Source of the DNA: a bacterium
Lineage (GTDB): Bacteria; Zhuqueibacterota; Zhuqueibacteria; Residuimicrobiales; Krinioviventaceae
Direction of reading: 5' to 3'
Length of the DNA stretch: 64,000 nt
Assembly: GCA_963674595.2 (NCBI GenBank)
Contig: CAXXFV010000003.1
Coordinates: forward strand, 64,001 to 128,000
The translations under genes and the position numbers were made by a program. Positions within the stretch are counted from its first letter, which is position 1, and every line of letters starts with the position of its first letter. The notes under the pieces are model-generated. The model ran no database searches and had not been told where the DNA came from. It worked only from the letters and a program-made list of their open reading frames with translations. Below, piece after piece: positions 1-8,431 of this stretch.

Positions 1-211
1 GTGTAAATTAATTTTGCTCGAGTTGTTGGAAGACAGATATAACATTCAGTCTACTATCATGACTTCGCAACTTCCGGTTACTCATTGGCACGAGCTGATG
101 GCCAGTTCGACTATTGCTGATGCTATCTGTGATCGTCTCGTGCATAATTCATATAAAATTGAAATGAATGGAGATTCTATGAGAAAAATTCTCAGTAAAC
201 ATTCCGGCTGA
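1..211 (+). CDS. istB: IS21 helper ATPase IstB, C-terminal part (runs off window start)
   Basis: LLEDRY...STIMTSQLP..W...ADAICDRLVHNSYKIEMNGDSMRK is the canonical IstB C-terminus. Confidence 0.9.
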   Translation, partial: CKLILLELLEDRYNIQSTIMTSQLPVTHWHELMASSTIADAICDRLVHNSYKIEMNGDSMRKILSKHSG

Positions 212-309
212 AAATTGCCACTATGATAAATTAAAATTGTCTAAATGTTTGGATTGTTCAGTGGTAAACTTTCAGCCGGAATCAGTGGCAACTTTCACCG
301 GAATACGCA
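1..309 (+). mobile_element. Right end of an IS21-family insertion sequence
   Basis: istB C-terminus followed by repeated IS21-type terminal motifs (GGTAAACTTTCAGCCGGAATCAGTGGCAACTTTCACCGGAATACGCA) ending in CA at 309. Confidence 0.85.
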
Positions 310-460
310 ATCTAATATTATTCTTTAATCTAAAAATATGAAAGATATGTTGATTTGTTTCGCAATGAGAGGAAAGTAATTTTATTAAATCGTAATAAGT
401 TTGAGATATTTTTAGCAAAAGCCGGGCATAATTATCCTGATACAATAATCGTGTCATTGG

Positions 461-640
461 GACAACAGGAATATGACATTGAATACAATGCAAACTTATC
501 CTCTTATGCCGTTAAAGCCCATGTTTAAATAAATGTGAAAAATCAGTCAACTATCCCACACATCCCGACCACTTAAAAAATCAAGACCGACAAAGAATTT
601 TAATAAATAAAAATGATTAGTGCAAGTTATTTTAGAGAAA
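461..640 (-). ncRNA. Conserved promoter + putative structured RNA element, copy A
   Basis: TTGCAC-17-TAAAAT promoter on minus strand, then blocks TGGTCG/GACTGATTT/ATGGG/GAGGA..TTGC/ATTCCTGTTG shared with 13534-13737 and 52780-52980. Confidence 0.5.
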
Positions 641-719
641 TATTTTGGATTCATAATATATCCTAAACTCACTTCTCTTGAAATTTAATAAAAGTATTAT
701 ACCCCTCTAAAACTTTGAC

Positions 720-748
720 TTGACAAATACAAAAAATGTTGTTACAAT
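720..748 (+). promoter_or_regulatory. sigma70-like promoter upstream of cas2 pseudogene
   Basis: TTGACA-17 nt-TACAAT. Confidence 0.6.
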
Positions 749-869
749 TTTAATAATGGAAGAGCAGATCAAGAAAAAGAAATAATATAAATAATCAAAA
801 ACACCATGTAAAGATACAACAGTTCTTTGGCATAAAAAGGCAGGAACTCAGACCTGCCGGGTATTGATT

Positions 870-1144
870 ATGTTGGTAATTGTTACATACGATATAGAAA
901 AAGACAAAAAACGCACACGGCTACATAAAAAATATAAGATTTTGGGCCACGCGTTCAGTACTCAGTATTTGAAGCAGATATTACCAGGGAAGAGCTGGAA
1001 AAAATGAATACCATGCTATCAAAAATTAAACTGGACGATAACGACAGCATCAGACTATATACGATATGTGAAACCTGTAAAAGCAAAATTAAAATATGGG
1101 GTCAGGGGGAAATAACGGAAGATAAAGACATATACATTGCGTAA
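870..1144 (+). pseudogene. cas2: Frameshifted cas2
   Basis: MLVIVTYDIEKDKKRTRLHKK then, in another frame, DFGPRVQYSVFEADI...DSIRLYTICETC; length 275 nt (one base short of a whole codon count). Confidence 0.85.
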
Positions 1145-1353
1145 AAATGTGTATGCAAACGAAATGCCAGAAAAATACGGCACTTTTTGACAGGAGGTAA
1201 CGGACTTTAATGTAAATAATTAATTATTAATCAAATAACAAGTTGAAAATTTAACCAGAAAAGGAAAAATATGCACAAAAAGTGGCCCAAAATAAGGGGT
1301 AACGGTATTCGCCCTTGTATCTATCTAAATATAAATGAGTTGTAAAACAAGCT
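1145..1353 (+). promoter_or_regulatory. Leader of CRISPR array 1
   Basis: AT-rich non-coding stretch between cas2 and the first repeat, ending AGCT like the leaders of arrays 2 and 3. Confidence 0.6.
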
Positions 1354-2302
1354 GTGGAAATAGACCTAATCATTACGGAGGGATTGAGACACTCAAAAAA
1401 TCAAGGTCAAGATGACAAGAATTATCAAAGTGGAAATAGACCTAATCATTACGGAGGGATTGAGACGATTTAAAAAATCATAAAAATCATTAAAAGGCTG
1501 TACTGAGTGGAAATAGACCTAATCATTACGGAGGGATTGAGACATGACCATCAAAATTGACAGACTTTAGAACTTCGTTCGCCGTGGAAATAGACCTAAT
1601 CATTACGGAGGGATTGAGACACAAAAATTATTTGCAAATAAAACTCTATTATTGTATGAGTGGAAATAGACCTAATCATTACGGAGGGATTGAGACTTTT
1701 CTGGATTATTGTTTGCTATGGCCAAATGAGAAGGTGGAAATAGACCTAATCATTACGGAGGGATTGAGACTAACAATCCATATGTAAATACGCTAGCCAG
1801 TTGTTTGATCGTGGAAATAGACCTAATCATTACGGAGGGATTGAGACGTCAACTGTAAAAGCCTGACAAAACACAACATCCACATCGTGGAAATAGACCT
1901 AATCATTACGGAGGGATTGAGACTCACTCGGCACCGGTTTAAACGGGGCAACGTCAGACCAGTGGAAATAGACCTAATCATTACGGAGGGATTGAGACCG
2001 TATTGTGTTATTACATTAGTGGGAAAGTTGGCTGAGTACTTGTGGAAATAGACCTAATCATTACGGAGGGATTGAGACTACTGATAAATTTAATGCGGCT
2101 AGTGCTAATATTTCTATGGCGTGGAAATAGACCTAATCATTACGGAGGGATTGAGACTTTTTAATATCACATTCTTTTTTATAAGCAAGTAAAAGATGTG
2201 GAAATAGACCTAATCATTACGGAGGGATTGAGACATAACGGTAATGATAATCAGAAGTAAAATTGAACAAAAAGTAGAAATAGACCTAATCACCACGGAG
2301 GG
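1354..2302 (+). CRISPR. CRISPR array 1: 12 intact 37-nt repeats GTGGAAATAGACCTAATCATTACGGAGGGATTGAGAC plus a degenerate, truncated repeat at 2274
   Basis: Repeats start at 1354,1430,1507,1584,1660,1734,1811,1887,1962,2042,2121,2198; unique spacers of about 37-43 nt. Confidence 0.98.
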
Positions 2303-2379
2303 GCCGTTTGAGGCGTGTTCAGTAGAACAGTTCCTTATGTTTTGTTGCGAAATGTTTTAGAAAAAATCCCCGAAGGCAG

Positions 2380-2416
2380 GCGGCCTTGCGTCGCTACGCT
2401 CCGCTTAGATTGAGAC
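2380..2416 (+). repeat. 37-nt repeat-like element GCGGCCTTGCGTCGCTACGCTCCGCTTAGATTGAGAC
   Basis: 35/37 identical to the reverse complement of 48892-48928; ends in the CRISPR handle GATTGAGAC. Confidence 0.8.
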
Positions 2417-2431
2417 AGTGAAAACATGAAA

Positions 2432-2460
2432 AGGCCTAATTACCACGGAACGATTGAGAC
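2432..2460 (+). repeat. Partial array-1-type repeat variant fused to the portal fragment
   Basis: CCTAATTACCACGGAACGATTGAGAC, identical to the 3' part of 47884-47920. Confidence 0.85.
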
Positions 2461-3147
2461 CCCACCCTCAATTAATAATACAAATGTCGGGTCACCGATC
2501 CTGACAACAGCATTCTTGATAGACTGCTGTATTCTTAACAATATCTCAGCAACAAAAGGCATGGAATTAAACAGACTCACACCCTGGGGATGACCATCTC
2601 TTAGATCAAATGTCAAATACTGAACAAATTCCGGGTGTTCCAAAAGAACAGGTTTTGCAGCATCATGAGGTATGGAAGCCAACCACAGTCTGCCGTCTTT
2701 CCGGATAAATCGGACCTTTGAAGCATCACCGACTTTTAACCGGTCAACTCCGTTCAAACCGGCAAAAGGAACAGTCTCAAAGACACCATAACCATTTGCC
2801 AGAGCAGAATCATAGAGTTGTTGTAAACACCCATGCAGCCCTTTGTGAAAATGTCCGACCTTGATCTCTTTTTTAAAATTATTCAGAGCTTTTAAAACGT
2901 TCGGATTATCACAACGGTATTCAAAATCACCGATTAATCTCCGAAGTTTTAACACAGCGACATCTAAAATGGGAATGGCTTCTCGGAGAATATTATAAAT
3001 CTTTAAATTGTATCTTAACGGTTCATATCCGTTTAAATAGGTCTGGAATGGGCTGTCACTTGCAGAATAAAGTTGGGATTTAACAATAACATTGTTGGAT
3101 TGTTTTGGTGGGAAATATTTATTAAGATTGAATTTTGGAAGGTTCAT
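2440..3147 (-). CDS. Truncated phage portal-like protein (copy 1), C-terminus and stop codon supplied by the CRISPR repeat
   Basis: Y..LREAIPILD.AV.KL.RLIGDF, ALANGYGVFE and HPQGVSLFNSMPFVAEILLRI motifs resemble phage portals; only 235 aa; last residues VSIVPW* come from the antisense repeat. Confidence 0.7.
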   Translation of the reverse strand: MNLPKFNLNKYFPPKQSNNVIVKSQLYSASDSPFQTYLNGYEPLRYNLKIYNILREAIPILDVAVLKLRRLIGDFEYRCDNPNVLKALNNFKKEIKVGHFHKGLHGCLQQLYDSALANGYGVFETVPFAGLNGVDRLKVGDASKVRFIRKDGRLWLASIPHDAAKPVLLEHPEFVQYLTFDLRDGHPQGVSLFNSMPFVAEILLRIQQSIKNAVVRIGDPTFVLLIEGGVSIVPW

Positions 3148-3267
3148 TAACTGCCCATATATAGAATGTATTCAAACAACACGCTCTATATATAGCAGAA
3201 TAGGGGTAATTAATCAATATTTTGTGGGTAATTCACCCATAGCTAGTAAAAAATTGTTAGGTATAAG

Positions 3268-3306
3268 GACAAGAACTCGGAGGGTAAATAAGTCTCCGAG
3301 TTCTTG
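3268..3306. terminator. Hairpin terminator downstream of the YWTD gene
   Basis: CAAGAACTCGGAG...CTCCGAGTTCTTG inverted repeat. Confidence 0.6.
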
Positions 3307-3315
3307 AAAGCTAAT

Positions 3316-5253
3316 TTACTTAAGGAGGATCATTTTTTTAATTTCATTCATACCACCGCCTTTAAGGCGATAAAAATAAGTTCCTGAAGGCAAGTTGGAA
3401 GCATCAAACAACACCTGATGCGTACCAGCCTGACAGTCATCGTCTAACAATACGGCAACCTTTTGTCCACTAATATTGTAAACCTTCAGGCTGTAATGAT
3501 CGTCTTTTGCCGCCCGGAATGTGATTGTCGTTTCCGGGTTAAAGGGATTGGGATAATTTTGATATAGCGCAAATTCCTGCGGGATTAAATTCGGTCCATC
3601 GTCTTTTTTCTCAACACCGGTCGAACCGTTATTTTCAAAGGACAAGGCCAGGCGATAGGGTGAAGACAAACCGGTATACAGTTCTTCTATATCTGTTCCG
3701 TCCAGATTTGCCCGTTTTATTTTACCGGCTTGATCTTCAATCCAATATACTTTACCACCGTCAACATCCAGGGCAATACCGGAGGGCCATTCAAGACTGG
3801 TAATTACATTCTGAATATCACTGCCATCCAAATTGGCACGTTTAATACCTCTATAATCTATAGCCCTTTCGGTCCAATATATCTTTTTATTTTTTAAATC
3901 AAGAGCAATATCGTCCGGTTGTCCAGTAGACTTTATAATTTTTTCAACATCATTACTGTCATTATTCAAATTGGCACCTAGAACCGTATTAAGTGAATTA
4001 CTCCAATATAATGTTCCATCAAAAGGGTCAACTGCAACTCCATACGCAAATCCATGTATGTAATAAGGGTATTCAACCCGGCTGCCATCTAAATTAGCAA
4101 AACCAACAGTTATGCCCTCTGATTGCCTGGCCCAATACATCTTTTCATTTACAACATCCAAAGCAATATCATTTAATGAAGCATTCGGATAAATTTCGTT
4201 TGTAAGAAACTCAACATTGGAACCGTCTGTATTACATTTGTAAATATTGGCATAAGAATTTGCCCAGTATATCTTTTCCCTTTCAGGGTCAAGAGCAATA
4301 CAAACAGGATATTCATAATTAACAATCAGTGGTTCGACATTTCGACCATCCAAATGGGAACGATAAATCGTCATAGACCAATAAAGATAAAACCAGTACA
4401 TCTCTCCCTTTGACAAATCCAGACTTAGATTTTGAACACCATAAATAAAACCGCTAACCAGTTCTATAAATTCAGTTCCATCGGTGTTCATGCTCCATAT
4501 CCCGCACCAATCGGTTAAATAAATCTTTTGGTTATTATGATCTAATTGAATCTCCATTTGAGGATTTATATTATCAAAGACATACACAATCTCTTCTTCA
4601 TTCCCGTCCAGATTTACACTCTTGAGAACACGACCGTTATCATCTAAAAAATAAATTCGACGATCTCTTCCATCTACAACATAATCAATTATCTTTTCAG
4701 TATGTTCTATGACTGATTTTATTTTTTCCCCATCCAAACCAGTGCAAAAGAGTGTATCACGCGTGTCATTCATCCAATAGAGATTTTCATAGACCAGATC
4801 CAGGGCCAGATTGTTGGGCCGGGTCAGTCCACAAATAAACTCCTGTTTGTTTGAACCGGTTATATCAGCCCGCCAAATCTTGCCGCTATCAGCGCTCCAA
4901 TACATTGTGCTGTGAAGCGTGTCAATAACCATACTGCTTGCCCGGCTTGTTTCGGAAATCAACGTTTCAACCTTTCGTGTCTCCATATTCTCACGCCGGA
5001 TGGCGTTCTCTTCATAATAATAAATATATCCCTGGGCTGCGGTTAACAACGTTACATCACGGGAAGAAAGCACTTTTTCATATTGACCGCCGTCAGCATC
5101 TCCGCAATATATCTTTTTGTCCTGTGTATCTGTCCAGTAAATTAATCTTTCCTTTGCTGTTACAACATTTAAAAGCGTGAAAAGGTTGTATACAGTAAAG
5201 AAAAACACAAATGTTGTTCTTTTTAACATGGCTGTATCCTTTTCATATATCAC
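3316..5253 (-). CDS. Secreted YWTD beta-propeller protein with T9SS/FlgD-type C-terminal sorting domain
   Basis: Signal peptide, many (I/M)YW(T/S)D..I.RANLDG repeats, FALYQNYPNPFNP...SGTYFYRL tail. Confidence 0.85.
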   Translation of the reverse strand: MIYEKDTAMLKRTTFVFFFTVYNLFTLLNVVTAKERLIYWTDTQDKKIYCGDADGGQYEKVLSSRDVTLLTAAQGYIYYYEENAIRRENMETRKVETLISETSRASSMVIDTLHSTMYWSADSGKIWRADITGSNKQEFICGLTRPNNLALDLVYENLYWMNDTRDTLFCTGLDGEKIKSVIEHTEKIIDYVVDGRDRRIYFLDDNGRVLKSVNLDGNEEEIVYVFDNINPQMEIQLDHNNQKIYLTDWCGIWSMNTDGTEFIELVSGFIYGVQNLSLDLSKGEMYWFYLYWSMTIYRSHLDGRNVEPLIVNYEYPVCIALDPEREKIYWANSYANIYKCNTDGSNVEFLTNEIYPNASLNDIALDVVNEKMYWARQSEGITVGFANLDGSRVEYPYYIHGFAYGVAVDPFDGTLYWSNSLNTVLGANLNNDSNDVEKIIKSTGQPDDIALDLKNKKIYWTERAIDYRGIKRANLDGSDIQNVITSLEWPSGIALDVDGGKVYWIEDQAGKIKRANLDGTDIEELYTGLSSPYRLALSFENNGSTGVEKKDDGPNLIPQEFALYQNYPNPFNPETTITFRAAKDDHYSLKVYNISGQKVAVLLDDDCQAGTHQVLFDASNLPSGTYFYRLKGGGMNEIKKMILLK

Positions 5254-5363
5254 AATTCTCTTATAACGTTATGATATCCTGTCATCAAACAGTTATAACC
5301 GAATGATGACAGGTTTGATTAACTTTTAATTCAAAATACTAGAACTTTTATTTCACTACCAAC

Positions 5364-7575
5364 TTACTTGATAAACATCATTGTACCGGATTGGGTAAAC
5401 GTGCCTGCGACGAGTTTGCAAATATAAGCGCCGCTGGATACCAGTTCACCGCTATTGTCCCGGCCGTCCCATAAAACCGATTTATAACCTTCTCCCTGCG
5501 GTCCGTTCGCCAAAACACGCACCTCTTCTCCCAGCATGTTGTATATTTTTAGGCTAACATGACAGGCTTCCGGCAAGGCATATTTTAGCACGGTTTGTGA
5601 ATTAAAGGGATTGGGATAATTTTGAAAAACAGATGATCTTTTAACACTATTATCGGCAAGGGCCATTACAGGTGCACCTTGTGAAACAGTCAGCTTTGAC
5701 ACACCGCCGCCCTGCGTCCCAAACCAGAATTCGTTTTTATCAATCGCTATCGCACGAACAGTATTAAAAGATAATCCCGAATTATTATAATTATAGTGAA
5801 ACCAGTTTTCTCCATCATATTTATATATGCCAAATGCATATCCCGCAAACCATACATTTCCATCACAGTCAGTCTCAATATCATAGGTATTCTGATTAGC
5901 ATCGTTTAAAACATCAAAAGTGGTCCATTGTTCTCCGTCATATTTATGCACGCCAAAAGCATGACCGCACCAAATGTTATTAAAACTATCAACGCCCACA
6001 GAATAGAGTGGAAAATCCCCGTAATGATCAGCAGGCATAATTTTTTCCCCCAATGTCATTTTCAAGTTTCAACAATCCTTGCCAGGTGCCAAACCAGACA
6101 CATCCATTTTTGTCAATAGCAAGAGAAGAAACATGATTATTTCTTATACCGTAATTCGTCGGATAGTACCGTTTCCAGTTTTCTCCATCAAACATTGCTA
6201 TACCGGAATCTGTTGTTATCCAGGCATTATCGTTCTTGTCAAATCTTATACAATAAACTCTGTCAGACTGCAAAACACTGTTTGATGTATTAATCCATGT
6301 CCAGCTTGTGTCATCCAATACCGAAATGCCTTCAAAAACATGTCCAAACCATATTTGCCCTGATTTACTAATAGCAATCGTCGTTATTCTATTATCTTTT
6401 ATACCGGAATTAGACTCGTTATAATATTTCCAGTTTCCATGATCATAGCATATAACACCGCCTTCATCGATAAAATCCCAATCACCCGTACCGGAACCAA
6501 ACCATACAGCACCATCATTGTCAACGGCTATTGACTGGATGTTGGGATGCGTCAATCCTCCATTAAGGGTTTTCCCGGTTTCAAAAATTTGCCAGGTCGC
6601 TCCGTCATAAACAGAGACGCCTTTAGATGTTCCAAACCAGATTCTGTTATCCTTGCCGAAAACAATTGAAGAAATATAATTACTGGATATACCAGAATTA
6701 TTCGTATTAAACGTGGTCCAGTTTAAGCCGTCCCAAACGCAAACGCCTTGATCTGTGCCAAACCATTTTCTCCCGGATGAATCAATCGCAATTGAAATAA
6801 TATTGTTACTGCAAATGTCACAATTATCTTTATTATAACCGGTCCATTTCTCGCCATCGTAAATGGACACACCCTTATCTAAACCGAAGATAACAGAACC
6901 GTGCCCATCCGAACACATTGCCTGAATATTATTGTTCTGCAAATAACTATTTTCAGTTGTGTAACTTCTCCAGTCATCACCATTTTTAATACTGACGCCT
7001 TCTGTTGTTCCAACCCATATTTGATCGTTTTCAGCGATTAACAATGACGTAACATAATCCGAAATGAGTCCGCTATTTTCAGAATTGAATGAATGCCATT
7101 GCGTTCCGTCAAAAAAACAAACACCACCGCTACGAGGAATCTCCCAATTAGAATAAGTGTCAACCTTGTGAAACCCAATCCAGATATTATTGTTACTATT
7201 GACGGCAATAGAACGCACCTCTCCTAATGATTGACCATTAAATAAATTGCTATTATCTATAGTTTCAAACCCGACATCATCAAAAACTGAAATTCCATAT
7301 TTTGAGGTACCAATCAGTTTATGTCCATCAACATCACCTGTAATGAATGTAAGAGAGTTACATGGCAAACCATCATCTTTTTCGTATTCTTTATATGAAA
7401 AATCTGTTTGATCCAATTTTATGAGCCCACCTTCTGTAGTAATCCAACAAAACTCATCATCGAGATAAAGAAAAGTAACATTCTCCTTACAGGTGTAATT
7501 ATCCCAAACATCTTTCTGCGAAAAAACAGGAACAATAATGACTAGTAATTGTATTGAGATTAATATTTTTTTCAT
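5364..7575 (-). pseudogene. Two-component-regulator-type propeller protein with sorting domain, split by a frameshift (ORFs 6028-7575 and 5364-6065)
   Basis: Continuous D..G..WFGT..G repeats across both ORFs; break lies in a G5A6 run at 6041-6051; QNYPNPFN tail in the second ORF. Confidence 0.75.
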
Positions 7576-7923
7576 AACAAATGCTCCTTTCGCAGGAGAT
7601 TTTGGATCCCCTGAGATACCAATGAAACCGGGATTTTATCCCAAAAACCAAAAAGTGACATCCCTTCGACTCCGCCCTGGGAAAACGACAGGTTGGATTC
7701 ATGTTTTTGATTTCAACATTTATTCAAGTGATTTTATATTCAACATCGTATTTCAGATTTAAAATATTATTTGAGATCTGAAAGTAGAAATTTTTTATTC
7801 TCTTGTTCGGGGAAAATGCCCCGATTACTGTCATATTGAGACGACTCTGATTCCCATGTTGAGCAAAAAAATGCGTTTTGATTCTGGATTTACACCTGTG
7901 CTAGTTGCTAAGTAATTTAACCA

Positions 7924-8403
7924 TTAGTTAATAACCTCAACACCTTCAATTTTAGTATTTCCATTTTTAAATTCTAAATTATCACCAAACTTTGACATAT
8001 CCAGAAAATAATTTAAGTGTTTTGGAAATTTCATTATTAAAAATTGTTCATTAAGATTTAGAATACTTGTAACTGTATTTAGAAATTTTAATTCATTGTC
8101 ATCAATTTTTTTATCAGCCTCTATAATTTTAAGTATAACTTCAACCAATAATAATTTTTGCTTTTCTTTTATTTCAAATTTTTGAAGAACTTTAAGATAA
8201 TTTTCTATATAATTAATACCTTGTGATTTTATATCATCGACAACTGATTTTAACTCATTCTCAAAATCAAGATTTAAAAAATATGGATTTGTCTTTGCAA
8301 TATTTTTGAATAAAGAAATTTCATTTCTATGAATCTCACCATCACAAGCCATAACAGCAAAAGCCGTTTTGAAAAGAACTCTATCAAAAGAAATATTTTC
8401 CAT
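7924..8403 (-). CDS. TerB-family protein
   Basis: AFAVMACDGEIHRNE and IIEADKKIDDNELKFL are the paired TerB motifs. Confidence 0.8.
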   Translation of the reverse strand: MENISFDRVLFKTAFAVMACDGEIHRNEISLFKNIAKTNPYFLNLDFENELKSVVDDIKSQGINYIENYLKVLQKFEIKEKQKLLLVEVILKIIEADKKIDDNELKFLNTVTSILNLNEQFLIMKFPKHLNYFLDMSKFGDNLEFKNGNTKIEGVEVIN

Positions 8404-8431
8404 TTTAATACCCTTTCTTCACAAAGAAAGA

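Noticed and set aside
272-493. 73-aa minus-strand ORF with faint IS200 TnpA-like look
   Set aside because: Runs through the IS21 end and starts inside the conserved non-coding element; no convincing HuH/Y motif
1557-1787. ORF with repeated VEIDLIITEGLR (also ORFs at 45960-46169 and 46971-47207)
   Set aside because: Translations of CRISPR repeats and spacers, not genes
7660-7685. CCCTTCGACTCCGCCCTGGG REP-like motif
   Set aside because: Single degenerate copy; no supporting repeats in the window
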